Below, one piece after another: positions 53,501 to 63,480 of a DNA stretch of 64,000 bases (the first letter of the stretch is position 1; each line of letters starts with the position of its first letter). The stretch is from the IMG/VR virus record IMGVR_UViG_3300020474_002475, positions 32,001-96,000 of that record. One strand, given 5' to 3'. Made by a program: the position numbers and the translations under genes. The DNA is from a virus. Under the pieces are notes generated by a model that saw only the letters and a list, made by a program, of their open reading frames with translations, did no database searches and was not told the DNA's origin.

Positions 53501-55130
53501 AAGAAACATCTTTATCAATCTCATAAAGATCAAACTTTTTTGCAATATCAAATAAAGGGATATTATACTTTTTGCTCGCTTCTCCTTTTTCATTAACAAC
53601 AATCCTATATTCCGTTTTTTTATTATTAAAATTTGTTTCAAATCTGTAGCCACTATTTCTTCCAGACCTAAAGTCTAATGACATGTTATTATATACAAGA
53701 TCGTTTGATAAACCTTTAGAACAATGATTTGTCATAACTTGATTTATATATATATTAGGTTCTATTGATTCTTTGTAAGTAATTTTAGAGTTGTTACTTA
53801 TTAAAATATGAGGATTATATTTATACATCAATTTATTAAATAGGTCTGCAGGATTATTAATAAATCCATAAATAGAATTAGAATGATCAGGATCTACAGT
53901 TACTTGATTATTAGAATGCTCCTCACCAGATATAGATATTCCTGCAAAGAAATCTCTATTTATATCTCGCAATAAATTCATTTCATCATTATCGTTTTTT
54001 ATAGGCATTACCGGCTTTGGATTGCCTTCTTCGTCTTCGGTTTGTTGTAAAGCTTTGTATATTTTTAGCACTTGTGGACCGGGTGTAGAAAAACACTCTT
54101 GTGTAATCCTGTCTCGTAATGGATGGGTAGCAAAAAAACCAGCTATTTTACGTAAAATTTTAGCCTGACTACTTGAAAATCGTTTTCCTTTATAGGCACC
54201 TACTGCATCCAAACCTCTTTTTGAATATTTTTCGTTCTTACGAAAATCCCAAGGAACACCGATATGATTATCGTTCCGTCCATTCATTATATCATACATA
54301 CTCTTAGACAATACGTTATAAATATGTTGATAATCTTTCCAGAGTGTTGCCGAAATAAAGGTATCAGAACCGAAACCTTTTGCATTAAGCTCGTCTTGTA
54401 CAGTATTGCTCTCATAGTGTGAAAAAAAGTCTCCATCAGAAATATAAAGCTGCGCACCTGTTCCCTTTTTTTGATTAAGGGACAAAGAATTATAATCTGG
54501 GCTAACAGAATCGTCTCCGGGAAAAGCAGACATAGAAAAAAACTTAGTATCAGAATCTCCATATACATTAATAAAAGTATCGTCATTATGCTTTATAATG
54601 CAATCATTTGTGCCAAAATCATAAGATTTGCCGCTGAGAGAATTAGCGCTAAAAGATGAAACAACATTAAATTTAATGTTTGATGGACCCAACAGAAAAG
54701 AATATATTTGAGGATATTTTATCCATCCAAGTAAACCATAAGCAGGATGATTAGGAAAATTAGCATCTGTTAATACCCAGTCTACTACCATGCTGTTTGT
54801 AAGCTTCCAGGTATTGCATTTGGGTGCAAAGCTCATAAATCTTTCGATACCTAATTGATTGTCTAAAGGTACTGAAAAATTTCTATTAACTTTTTTAGTT
54901 ACAATTCTACTAGTGCTTCTAGAGATAAATATAGGCTGCCATATTTCTGCACTAGTATCGACACGGCTAGTCTTTATAGCTCTTCGTAAACGACTATAAT
55001 TAAAACTAACAGTATTTTCGCTACCATCTCCGTAATCTAAAAATAGACTATTGTCTTTGGATAGTCGCAAAGTGTATGGCGAAAGATCGTCAGAAAAAGA
55101 TTTATCTGTGAGGGTGCATCTAGAAGACAT
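47592..55130 (-). CDS. Very large virion-associated protein with PKD/Ig-like and P-domain-like segments and one long hydrophobic stretch
   Basis: 2512 aa; YKWTKQSGP...GKFTIALTV (PKD-like), IRNIEVKLNF...LCSWELIL (proprotein convertase P-domain-like), LIALGLAALTVGALGGIIGLSVGFGAFLSAMAGI. Confidence 0.75.
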   Translation of the reverse strand: MSSRCTLTDKSFSDDLSPYTLRLSKDNSLFLDYGDGSENTVSFNYSRLRRAIKTSRVDTSAEIWQPIFISRSTSRIVTKKVNRNFSVPLDNQLGIERFMSFAPKCNTWKLTNSMVVDWVLTDANFPNHPAYGLLGWIKYPQIYSFLLGPSNIKFNVVSSFSANSLSGKSYDFGTNDCIIKHNDDTFINVYGDSDTKFFSMSAFPGDDSVSPDYNSLSLNQKKGTGAQLYISDGDFFSHYESNTVQDELNAKGFGSDTFISATLWKDYQHIYNVLSKSMYDIMNGRNDNHIGVPWDFRKNEKYSKRGLDAVGAYKGKRFSSSQAKILRKIAGFFATHPLRDRITQECFSTPGPQVLKIYKALQQTEDEEGNPKPVMPIKNDNDEMNLLRDINRDFFAGISISGEEHSNNQVTVDPDHSNSIYGFINNPADLFNKLMYKYNPHILISNNSKITYKESIEPNIYINQVMTNHCSKGLSNDLVYNNMSLDFRSGRNSGYRFETNFNNKKTEYRIVVNEKGEASKKYNIPLFDIAKKFDLYEIDKDVSFSAGPDIHIPATIPDPQCGVPEKFNGFSFAPGVDRLTTGSFNIEHEIDLSLIQKILDKAGDTIPFYSIGSLEYKWTKQSGPQRGLSISDATEPNPKFKFRTFGKFTIALTVTLGELALKDTVDVYVVNKTGCNVGIDEFGLPAYKFEEKIIDPITKEQTGTRIVDKAVAFVPPNYYNTFSKSPVTFNRNREGELDKFIDGRRVVARIIPNDNNRSFVPNITQLMFSKFGAIQPVKSNSYVSVSTSVSAPNDDGQVDGMYYIGRLDGANKHNKFFYSPVKEISESATEFFIRYRPNNTVIKLYKINLERLRDRNHSGCKSVYRNLLYNTTRTIMGPNARTETRFDRDIPGQTDVFNEYEYNPKQKRGIRKSEVTLHPMPPLSDYGVNMSFGSIDMKDTLVTDVVGLKTKDLILPKANVDTVFGHPLNAASKVCYLREAKIYTDTDSRNDYPANNPNIRFSKGTFHPESGFIFNTTKEPFHNKTSALKFNPGDRTTFSFIGKGFYNTIRGDIDSQSSSISMTNSTLDVTMVDRPGGSVEVLQDTTDNDTIDVHHGYRQFGDPGLNKPKDYLLQDEFTSASYGGYDMGVRGRRIENKGGSGDGGDRIYGSNLLFPKIRNIEVKLNFLNQVNLKNTRISLNVRSCKKIRKLTEPEQDAFDLVDTIQGNAPEKKAFTFRSDPFNFLLSRKSSPVLSNVDKSNQGLKTEIKNSRSEKVNVPSNYMNHSGIAEYLEHLQYTNLTRYGTYTLNLLNEEHVDSNTVDTVLHFSDRFSKHLTPRNLNTNAGININQKVNTTNYIKLQPTLAISPTGYPHADEYITAIKNNDIFLPVNSFVQFYDQPVFQGALDITSEEGEIEKPDSETTFTLQISTFHDDDMTSLDTISNLPSKTYTDTTTTKPGSDSVFNSLCSWELILHFDTDDFTPTDNLGQIKYGWEPNIPGYNFISSDPNIEFKIPQAVQDAPNQKLADLNPCSYGETIDNSLALIRRPPELRFPSELIALGLAALTVGALGGIIGLSVGFGAFLSAMAGITRFLSSIKRARVAAALKEAFVRSVYTKRGFGGHDKILLQVGANGPFVYDVEAAIYKYSNTPLLKRKIRKYVKTNTIPELSVFPVVEEVRKLQDLFTGNVFSGMGAIEEQSLNIVNSEGLIINKLPAEGGLVDFNDNLYVAKQEGWELLNNTNIPLPVLCQNNVLSLDLRRLNNMCLIAGTRAYNYFQVGNTVQTLSGDEYIVKARGKILKDKKEYTVLEFVTNRPGAGQEIILKPEEDFNIIIWSDKESDHYNSRNPATPPGNTLFPKGAYGSATPVINSTTYSNQLQVNDVPTIFDIFNNQECNVKPNNRITLFSASSKYADRIETRKADRNFAYNLGGSDIVNNSKKEQGTVLQGMANGPTHSLTAGYSYNIYNILDPKDRLSSDYIYSTKDNNDSSVFNTPQGHGGSPWENISNNRSEKLEVPVTRDTVGPNNFEHLLNNVHNNGPDSPNIVELNNSDFKDIDNNGYLCVEGDYEFSYAYNLGVAIGKQSVTPVSFGNDASQFILSRLKFLDQQDAEFDEDTLYKNMSIAFLKRLVNTLPEDAAACFSASDYVVANRAKKCQKFNARNELSNLTNERNQLLNILDTVGIIYEPETYNVIYTPYGNADIRYHGTIIFNSTDNFEPIKIISYANTDIPSYWINIDPHQKCKTSKDSSIKILVEAKYTCFPTTAVVAGDLGVIPVLDQDAQNVCPSQARGFQSPEIIFDNAGNVFTYEVQLNEIARQKVDYNAKYGIGANQWEEITFPGPRMADGGGTATRSFFIRPDTNRSDILVEVTEKYLVPNEDFFDNYAGEKRDSDGNRLYRKAYQEYQGKVKDIIPESVLESDNLVCRSKVIPRKLRKLDTHYERYGADYNGNLEKVLPSIGPGGPFSNVLALWHCIDTNQLKHVPVPDYFKIKNEMIIRSYFGSKDNLEHIDDLDESKDPFEWIPYEYDPGYEVED

Positions 55131-55145
55131 TTTATCCTATTAAAT

Positions 55146-58100
55146 TTAATTACTTGATATTAAAATCCACTTACCACCATTATAATTAAAAAATCCAGTA
55201 TTCCCAACTCGAATACCTAACTTATTTTCAAAATTAACTTTCATAGTTGGCATACTTCCAGCCGCTTTGCCTTGAGCATAGCTCATTTCTATTGTGGCTA
55301 AATTACCTATAATGGTACCAAATGCGGTATATGATGGTTTAGACACTGGCTCATAAAAACCAGAATCACTATCATATCTACATAAAAATTTAGCACCTCT
55401 AGGTGCAGTCCAACCGCTTTTATCTTTTACATATACTAATCTTCTAGAGCCAACAGGCAACGGCTCTACACTATATTCTAATTCGTCTAAATAGCCTCTA
55501 GCAGCAAAAGTTTCATCGTAATGATCTGCTGGCTTAATTAAATCTTCTTCTAAAGTAATGTATACCATTTTATATAAACTAGCAGCAGATGGAACTGACC
55601 AAACTTTTCTTTTAGTATCCCATCTTAAATCTACTGGTCCTACAGGCCATAAATCAGGTCTTTCCCCAAAATTTAAATAGAACTCATTTAGTCTGGTTTT
55701 TTTACTCCAGCTTTTGCCATCCCACGCTTGGGTTTTACTAATAATATCTCCTTGAAAGCCAACAGTTCTATCACCACTATAATCATCAGATATTACAAAA
55801 CCTCCTGCGTTTTCCATATTATTTTCATAAGTATAATATGTTACATTAGTATCATCTGCTGGAACAGCAGACTCTTCTCCTTTAACAAGTAGTTCGCGGC
55901 CAGAACTATAAACTCCACCAAATGGAACGTCTTGATATTTTACATCTTGACTAGTTTTTATTTTAAGTGCAAATCTTTTAGGTCTACCAATACTATCTAT
56001 TTCATAAGGCTCTTCTGCTGCATTTGGCACAGGGAAACCGTCACTGTCGTATCCCCAAGCATGCATAGTTAATGGTCCCCTAAGACCCAAAAATCTTTGA
56101 TTCATTTGATAATTAGGTAATATAGGTATAGATCCTGTATCTCTATTGTCTGTTATATCTTTTAGTTGTAAATCTTCATTATAAAAATCTGCCTGATGAC
56201 CATCCTTAAAATCATATACGTTATCTGTAATGGTTAAATTCTCTTGAGGAATAGCTCCTCTGGCTACTATCTCTATACTATGTCTACATCTATCATAAAA
56301 AGGTCTTTCTTTACCAGCTAATTTTAGAGAGTCATGTTTTCCGTCTGGATGAGCCCCTTGGTAGTTTTGAGTATTGCTGTTTCTAAATTGTCCTTTAGAA
56401 ACAAGAATTGGATTTAGTGTCAATAAATTAATAGCAGAATTACCTGAAGTATTACTGGAACTGCTACCTCCAGTTCCTAAGCTCTTGAATTGTTCCAGTA
56501 CGTTTAATGTAGATAAATTAGTAATAATATAAGGAGGAAGTGTTTCGGAAGATTGTCCTGTGGCAGTACTAGATAAGGTATATTTTAATTTTTTATCTTT
56601 TCTTTCACATTTATCGCAATATACAAAATCAACAAAATTTGAAGTATTTCCATCTGTGTAATACTTATATTCGCTTTTTATTTTTTTTGTACCTTTACAA
56701 AAGGGACAGGTGTCTAGATCATATTTAGAGTAACTATAAGTGCTGTTTTTGTGAGTAGGATAAAACGATACAGGAGACAGTAAACCATCAAGACTCATAG
56801 CGGACTGCATGCCATAATTTTCGCCTAATTGTGCCCTGACTTCTTTAAGTTCGTGCATACCAACATCTGTCCTATATCTCAAATTGTTTAACATCATAGG
56901 AATATGTGATTGGGTATTTTCCAATAAGTCTTCTGGTTTAGCGGATTCATTATCTCCAACATCTTCTGATTTTGGCAAACTGTAATTTTTGGATGCTTCT
57001 CCTCGAACCGCAAAACCTTCAGGTTCTACGTATAAAGAAGATGGAGGTATATAATCTGGCTGAACATCTAAAGATTTTAAAAATGGAGAAGCTTGTCCAA
57101 TAAAAACAGTAGTAGGACTCCAACCAAAAAGCTTACTACTAAAACCAATACTATCGAAATATGAATTTGCTTCCCCCAGCCTTTTGTCTTCTCGTATTTT
57201 AAATTGACTTATTTCTGTATTTACAGCCTGCTGTCTGACACTAGCTATTTGTTTATCTCTTTGTACAAGTTCTTTTCCTTGTTTTGTAATTTTGTCTATT
57301 TCTGTTTTATTAAAAAGTCCTAATTTTTTTGTGTATGTTCTTAATGAATAAGTACTAGTAATACCCTGATTGCCTATATTTACCTGTATGTTGGTAATAA
57401 CCGTTTGAGGTTTTGCTATCTGTGTATCTAGTCTTATAGTTTCGTATGTTACATCTACATTATTGTTCACTACGGGTTTAGCAGAACTTAAACTAGAACC
57501 AAAACTATTAGCGAAACCTATCTCAGAAAAATTTGATAATGAATTAGTATTACTTTTAACATCCGTATAAGAATACTGGCTTCTTCCAATATATTTACTA
57601 AAATCTACAGACACATTATTAAAACTATCTAAATCAAAATTGCCACCTAGATCAAATATTGGCAATCCTGGCATTTGTATCTGAGCTGATTCTATAGTAT
57701 TCTGATAATTTAATTTAGAATAAGCCTTAATATTGGCTATTTTATCCATAAAGGGTGCTCCTCCAAAATTCCATGGAGTCAATTCTTCATCGATTTCTAC
57801 AGAAGTAGCGCCTATAAAATTATCTATAAGATTTTTAGCCTGTTCGGTATCAACTGATATATCTGTTGAAGTACAAGTATAAGGTAATTCATTACTTAAT
57901 TTAATATCTTGACCACCAGGAAATATAGAATCGGGATTTCGCAAATAATCAACATAGACATTATTAGACCAAGGACCATAAACATAATTATTCATTTTAA
58001 TTGGTATGCCAGCAAAAAACGGATGAGCAGCTTTAGGGGCTATTTCAACATGATTAGCAGACTCCTCTGTATCAACGGCATAATTGCCTTTAAAAATGTT

Positions 58101-61100
58101 AGCAAATGTAGGACTAACAAAATATAATAAATAGGCTATAAATTCATAATCCCAATATTGTTCATTTGTTGTTTTTAAGTACAGTATTAAGTCTTCACTA
58201 GAAACATTACTAATAACAGTTCTATTAGGATCTTTTTTATATTGAGAACTGCTGGTATTTAAACTTAATCCTGGAGAAACAACTATAGCTTTTGGGAAAA
58301 ATAAACTTTCAGGTTCAATATATCTCACTAAAGGATCTACTTGAGCTTTAACATATAGCTTCTTCATAGTTGTATCATTTATGGGATTCCCCCAAGCGTC
58401 TCTAACTGTAGTTTCTTCAAATTCATATTGCGATTGAAATTCTTGAGATTCTCCCGGTTTGTCTTGGCTACTTTTAATAATACTCATATCCTGAGTAGGA
58501 TTGCTGAGAGCCAATATAGGGTCAGGTAATTGACCATTGCCAGTAACATTTAGATTAACATAGTCAGTAGTAGGTAATGAGGATATATTTATACTGTTAA
58601 ATATAAAACCATTATCAGGACAAGCGGTTTCTCTTAAATTAAGTATTTCATCAAAAACCTGATAACTCCATGCGGGATTTATTTTTTGATCATCCATATC
58701 CGCAAGGTTATTATTATATACTTTTTGAGCAAACTCACACATCTCTTTTTTAGTATAATCAAAATACTTATTAGAATTATAACCAAGTATCGTACCTATC
58801 TTTCCGTCTTTCTCGGCTAGTGCATAATAATTACTTCCTCCTACGGCAATACTATCATCAATAATATTACCAGGTTCTTCCCAAGCCCCTTCTGATACTG
58901 GCTGATAATTATAATATATATCTCCCCCACCCTGAAAAACCAAGCTATCTCCTGCTTGTGTCGGTAATGTTAAATAGCTGTATTGTTGATCTTTATACGA
59001 TGATAAATTAGGCAAAGATACCATATATTGCTTACCGTAGTAACTAGCTACTTGCTGTACATAAGTATGCAATAGTTGATAATCTTGTAAAGATTTCTGA
59101 TCTATATAACTAGCTCCATCATTTTTGGCTGGAGCAATTTCAATTGGTTGACCAAATGGACCAGCTATGTTTCCATGAATAGATCTCCAAAACCAATCGT
59201 ATTTTTTATTAGCCATCTCAAGAGCTTTGCCAGCGCCTATGCCCTCTGATAACAATTTATTATAGTATTTATTTCTATGTCCAAGTCTTAATGCTTCTAA
59301 TAAATCTGGCCTATACTGTTTAGCAAGAGAATATACTAAAAAATTATCAAAACCAGCTAGTGCAGCTCTAATTTCGCTTTCACTAAGTAATACATATCCC
59401 ACCCCTCCTGCAATAATTGTTGGCTGTAAAGGTATGCTTATCTGAGGAAATTCAGAAACTTGTATTAACACACATATTTGTCCTGTCCACGTATCTAAAT
59501 ATACTGGTCTAATTTTTCTAAAATCTGTATTCTTTTCCGATACATCTAATTTTAACTCTTCGTCTTTAACATAACCAAAGAATGGACATATAGCGTCTTT
59601 AAACAAAGGGAAGAATCTTAAGCTTTGTCCCATGACTGAGCCGTTATTAAATTTAAAGTTGTCAGCAGAGTTGGGGTCATTAGATTCTATAGGGTCTGAT
59701 TGCAACGCAGTTATACTGTTATAATAGTTTCCAGCATTTTGAGCAGCCTGCCGAGAGCCAAGTACATCAGCGTCTGAATAGCCACCATCTATAGTGTCAA
59801 AATTATTGCCTGCAATTGAATTGGCTATACTCTCGTTGGCACTATATAAATCTGTTTGATTGGGATTTATGTGTTTTGAGACTATAGGATTGTTAGTAGA
59901 AAATGCAGAAGGAAACCGATATTTACCGTGGTGGAATCTGTTTAGATTTCCTGGATTGTTGCCTAATGCGTCATAGTTTACGAACTCTCTGGTTCTGCTA
60001 TTAAAAATTAAATTAGTTTGAGTATAAGCAAGTCTTGTACTTTTAACCTGTAATAATCTTTGCTGATTGCCGCCTATTACAACGCTTTTTAAATTTTTAT
60101 CATTTTTTTCTTTACCGTATGAAGCAGAAGATACATTAAATCCTTCACACAATAACTTTTTGACTGTATTCGGTATTTTATTAGCTACTGGTTGACTATT
60201 TCTAGATATCAACTTCAATTTAATTACATTGAAAATTCCTGTAGAAGTAGTGACAGGATTTAAATCTATTGTAAAATCATATCCAGACTCTTCCGTTACT
60301 TTTGTAATGAAGTCAGTAATACTTATAACCGGTTCTATCATGCGGAAGTCGTCTGGTATTACAGAATGTCTTAACTGTTGCAATTCGCTTAGATCTAATA
60401 CAAATTGACATCTATCAACACCATCAGCAAAAGTTCTGCTTGGCGGCACTATACCAAAAGTATTAAAACTAGATGAGATATTTTGGAAAGTATCAGTCGT
60501 CTGAGGTGTTTTGGTTAGTATTCTAAAAAAGGGAGAAAACGCACTTTTAGGGGCATAGCCGCTTTGAATGCTACTAAAACCATTTTCTCCAGCATTACTA
60601 GTTAATACAGCCAAAGCATTTATAATGGCATTAACAGATATCCCCTTATCGTTTCTATTAGCTGCTCCGAATGATCCAACACCAAAAGAGTCCATAAAAC
60701 CGTAAACATTAAATACGTTGGGAATATTACCGTTATATAATCTGCCAGTATAATCTACATTATCACCGACCCAATTTCTAGGACCTCCATAAAAACTTTC
60801 AGCGCCCTTAATTTTACTATATACAGCACCAGAAAATTTATCTAAAATCATATAACAATTAGATAAAACACTTTTCATATCTTCAATCGTAACACTAATA
60901 GTGTCTCCAGATTCAGATTGGTTTCTTGTCCAACTTTGTATTATACCTCCAAAAGAAAAGTCTCCGGCTTTAAAAAATACAGGACAATTTATAATATCAT
61001 AACCAGGATTCAAATTAGTTTGATTCTGTTGAAAGATATTAATATAAGAACCGTCCCTATTAAGCCTATTTGTTGTGCCTAAAAATCCAGGATCTGGATT

Positions 61101-61502
61101 AAACCAATATTCTGACAAAAAACAGTTTGTTTTGCCACTGTTAGGAATTACAGAAGGATTAGCATGAAATTTGTAGTATACTTTTCCTAATGTTTGCCTG
61201 TCTCTTTGATCATAAATAGACGAATCGAAAGGAGTACCGTCTCGCAACATATAACAATTATCGCCAATACAATCATGATAATGATTACTTGGTAGTTCTC
61301 CTCCTTGATAATTAGCAAATTGTGACGCTATAGGAGCTCCATTGGCATCACAAAAACTAGAAACCTTATCTTCAATCAAGTTTACACTGAGCTGAGATGG
61401 TTGGCTACCCCAACCTAAACTAATATTAAAGTTAGATACACTTGCTCCTAAAAACAATGTTTGGGCAATTTTTTTATCTATATTACATTTTTGCGTAGGC
61501 AT
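55146..61502 (-). CDS. Very large virion structural protein (tail or baseplate hub-like)
   Basis: 2118 aa; N-terminal FLGASVSNFNISLGWGSQPSQLSVNL and ITNIQVNIGNQGITSTYSL patterns resemble tail hub proteins; in a coupled structural operon. Confidence 0.65.
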   Translation of the reverse strand: MPTQKCNIDKKIAQTLFLGASVSNFNISLGWGSQPSQLSVNLIEDKVSSFCDANGAPIASQFANYQGGELPSNHYHDCIGDNCYMLRDGTPFDSSIYDQRDRQTLGKVYYKFHANPSVIPNSGKTNCFLSEYWFNPDPGFLGTTNRLNRDGSYINIFQQNQTNLNPGYDIINCPVFFKAGDFSFGGIIQSWTRNQSESGDTISVTIEDMKSVLSNCYMILDKFSGAVYSKIKGAESFYGGPRNWVGDNVDYTGRLYNGNIPNVFNVYGFMDSFGVGSFGAANRNDKGISVNAIINALAVLTSNAGENGFSSIQSGYAPKSAFSPFFRILTKTPQTTDTFQNISSSFNTFGIVPPSRTFADGVDRCQFVLDLSELQQLRHSVIPDDFRMIEPVISITDFITKVTEESGYDFTIDLNPVTTSTGIFNVIKLKLISRNSQPVANKIPNTVKKLLCEGFNVSSASYGKEKNDKNLKSVVIGGNQQRLLQVKSTRLAYTQTNLIFNSRTREFVNYDALGNNPGNLNRFHHGKYRFPSAFSTNNPIVSKHINPNQTDLYSANESIANSIAGNNFDTIDGGYSDADVLGSRQAAQNAGNYYNSITALQSDPIESNDPNSADNFKFNNGSVMGQSLRFFPLFKDAICPFFGYVKDEELKLDVSEKNTDFRKIRPVYLDTWTGQICVLIQVSEFPQISIPLQPTIIAGGVGYVLLSESEIRAALAGFDNFLVYSLAKQYRPDLLEALRLGHRNKYYNKLLSEGIGAGKALEMANKKYDWFWRSIHGNIAGPFGQPIEIAPAKNDGASYIDQKSLQDYQLLHTYVQQVASYYGKQYMVSLPNLSSYKDQQYSYLTLPTQAGDSLVFQGGGDIYYNYQPVSEGAWEEPGNIIDDSIAVGGSNYYALAEKDGKIGTILGYNSNKYFDYTKKEMCEFAQKVYNNNLADMDDQKINPAWSYQVFDEILNLRETACPDNGFIFNSINISSLPTTDYVNLNVTGNGQLPDPILALSNPTQDMSIIKSSQDKPGESQEFQSQYEFEETTVRDAWGNPINDTTMKKLYVKAQVDPLVRYIEPESLFFPKAIVVSPGLSLNTSSSQYKKDPNRTVISNVSSEDLILYLKTTNEQYWDYEFIAYLLYFVSPTFANIFKGNYAVDTEESANHVEIAPKAAHPFFAGIPIKMNNYVYGPWSNNVYVDYLRNPDSIFPGGQDIKLSNELPYTCTSTDISVDTEQAKNLIDNFIGATSVEIDEELTPWNFGGAPFMDKIANIKAYSKLNYQNTIESAQIQMPGLPIFDLGGNFDLDSFNNVSVDFSKYIGRSQYSYTDVKSNTNSLSNFSEIGFANSFGSSLSSAKPVVNNNVDVTYETIRLDTQIAKPQTVITNIQVNIGNQGITSTYSLRTYTKKLGLFNKTEIDKITKQGKELVQRDKQIASVRQQAVNTEISQFKIREDKRLGEANSYFDSIGFSSKLFGWSPTTVFIGQASPFLKSLDVQPDYIPPSSLYVEPEGFAVRGEASKNYSLPKSEDVGDNESAKPEDLLENTQSHIPMMLNNLRYRTDVGMHELKEVRAQLGENYGMQSAMSLDGLLSPVSFYPTHKNSTYSYSKYDLDTCPFCKGTKKIKSEYKYYTDGNTSNFVDFVYCDKCERKDKKLKYTLSSTATGQSSETLPPYIITNLSTLNVLEQFKSLGTGGSSSSNTSGNSAINLLTLNPILVSKGQFRNSNTQNYQGAHPDGKHDSLKLAGKERPFYDRCRHSIEIVARGAIPQENLTITDNVYDFKDGHQADFYNEDLQLKDITDNRDTGSIPILPNYQMNQRFLGLRGPLTMHAWGYDSDGFPVPNAAEEPYEIDSIGRPKRFALKIKTSQDVKYQDVPFGGVYSSGRELLVKGEESAVPADDTNVTYYTYENNMENAGGFVISDDYSGDRTVGFQGDIISKTQAWDGKSWSKKTRLNEFYLNFGERPDLWPVGPVDLRWDTKRKVWSVPSAASLYKMVYITLEEDLIKPADHYDETFAARGYLDELEYSVEPLPVGSRRLVYVKDKSGWTAPRGAKFLCRYDSDSGFYEPVSKPSYTAFGTIIGNLATIEMSYAQGKAAGSMPTMKVNFENKLGIRVGNTGFFNYNGGKWILISSN

Positions 61503-63460
61503 TATGTATTCCTAAAGTCTCTAGATGCATTACATGGCTGATATACGTAGCCTAATGATAATGTATATTTTCCTTGGGTTGGGTTCCAGTTTTCTTGGTT
61601 GTTTACGACAAATACTTTACCTGTATCATTAATTCTTGCGGGATTAAAGTAAGCAGATTGTTGATCTCCATATGGTTTTAAGCCTTCTATAATACCGGTA
61701 ATAGTTTGATAAACATAACCCCCATGATACAGAGGACAATCAGGACTACTCATTAACAAACCATTCATATGTTTAGGAGGAATAACATTAACTTCAATAG
61801 TGATATTTTTCTTGGCCGATGTAATTGTGCCCAAATCTTGTAATACAGGACCAAGTGTTCTACCAAGAACAAAAGATTCTGCAAAAACATCATTGGGGAA
61901 AGTAGTATCAACAGCTATATTTGAACTAATCACACCAGTAATAAAATTAGGTTTATTATTAAACTGATAAGTATAACTTAAACTTCCTTTTCTGGTATTG
62001 TGTGCTTCGCTCGTACTAATGGGTATAATATTAAGTTGTGCTTCTTTAACATACGTTGGATTCCTAATCTGTGGCGCATTAGAAGTGTCGATCTCAATTG
62101 GCACAACACCAAATAGTTCGGCTACAGTACTATTATCTAAGAACTCTTCTTGATAATAACCGTTATTTAAGCCCATGCTAGCTCTACTATATATGCTAGG
62201 TTTTACATCATATAAAAATCCACTTAATGCATTCTCATATCTGTTTTTTTGTATACTTGCCTTATCTGAACCTAATACGTTTACAGCTGCAGAGCCTAAA
62301 GACGCATTTTCCATTTGGTCGTAGTCAATATTAATCAAATTTTCATTATTAGGAGGTAGGCCAGAACCCGACATAGCTGTAAACTGTTTTAATTGTAAAC
62401 CTCTAACTTCTCCCTTAACGGTCACAGACTTGACATAATTTTCATCCGTAGACACATCAATATCGTAGTCCTCGATATACCTAATAGCGGTAGGCATAGC
62501 TAACCAGGATTCAGCAACACTATAACTGCCTGCAGAAACACTATAATTAATTGTTCTTACATGATTATATAGATAAGTATCTACATCTAAACCTAAACTA
62601 GCATAATTGCCATTACTAGAAAAAGCAGGAACTCCACTATTCAAAGTATTAGAAGAATTATTTTCATTGTCAAAAGCTGTAGGTAGCTTAGATTGTACCC
62701 ATCTTTTAGCTTCCTGAAAAGAAGTATTGAAACCTCCGTCAGTACATCCGCTAATACCTGTAGGCGGTAATCCTACAGCAGACAGTTTTCTAGAAATCTT
62801 ATATCTAGGAACGTCTATAAGATCGATTTTATTGTTTTCTTTGGCAAAGTTTCTGTCTATAGGAACTGTAGAATTAGTTAAAGGACTATGTAATTCTGGT
62901 TTACCGTCTATATTTTGAGAATAGTTGATATAAACATAATCTTCTAAAGGCTCTATGCTCCAATCGTCGCTTGTATTTTTAACAGAAAACCCGTGTGTTC
63001 CTGGTTCAGTAAAGCTTAAATCTATAGTATAGTCAGCAACCTGAACAAAATTATCTTCTGAAGATAAATCAATACTATCTACTCTAACATTATTTTGTTT
63101 AAAAAAGGCTTCACCATCACAGAATATAGATAAAGTACCAGCACTACATTCTGAAAAAAGTCTCTTAAGCTCCTCATGAGCTCCTACTAGCCCTTTAATT
63201 CCCGTAGTGTCTGGAGTTACATCTTGGACAAAATTTCTATTAGGACTTCTAACTATTTTGCCGATTAATTGTATTTTTCTATCTATGCTATCAAGTTGTC
63301 CAACATCACTTCTGTTATAGGCACTACTAAGAGATATTAAAGGAGTTGGTCCAACAATCTTATGTAAACCCGAACCATTAAATTCTATAATTACTTTTGG
63401 GTCCGGCAGAGAGACCTCTTGCGTATCAAAATTAAATGCTTGAAATTTATCATATACCAT
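61502..63460 (-). CDS. Virion structural protein (tail-associated, beta-rich)
   Basis: 652 aa, beta-strand-rich, coupled to the 2118 aa gene. Confidence 0.65.
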   Translation of the reverse strand: MVYDKFQAFNFDTQEVSLPDPKVIIEFNGSGLHKIVGPTPLISLSSAYNRSDVGQLDSIDRKIQLIGKIVRSPNRNFVQDVTPDTTGIKGLVGAHEELKRLFSECSAGTLSIFCDGEAFFKQNNVRVDSIDLSSEDNFVQVADYTIDLSFTEPGTHGFSVKNTSDDWSIEPLEDYVYINYSQNIDGKPELHSPLTNSTVPIDRNFAKENNKIDLIDVPRYKISRKLSAVGLPPTGISGCTDGGFNTSFQEAKRWVQSKLPTAFDNENNSSNTLNSGVPAFSSNGNYASLGLDVDTYLYNHVRTINYSVSAGSYSVAESWLAMPTAIRYIEDYDIDVSTDENYVKSVTVKGEVRGLQLKQFTAMSGSGLPPNNENLINIDYDQMENASLGSAAVNVLGSDKASIQKNRYENALSGFLYDVKPSIYSRASMGLNNGYYQEEFLDNSTVAELFGVVPIEIDTSNAPQIRNPTYVKEAQLNIIPISTSEAHNTRKGSLSYTYQFNNKPNFITGVISSNIAVDTTFPNDVFAESFVLGRTLGPVLQDLGTITSAKKNITIEVNVIPPKHMNGLLMSSPDCPLYHGGYVYQTITGIIEGLKPYGDQQSAYFNPARINDTGKVFVVNNQENWNPTQGKYTLSLGYVYQPCNASRDFRNT

Positions 63461-63480
63461 TTATTTTATCCTTAGGCTAT

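Noticed and set aside
529-62918. Numerous short opposite-strand or nested ORFs in the track (for example 529..783, 9808..10218, 35356..35874, 46392..46640, 57909..58127)
   Set aside because: They are shadows of longer genes with recognisable motifs and have no SD or family features
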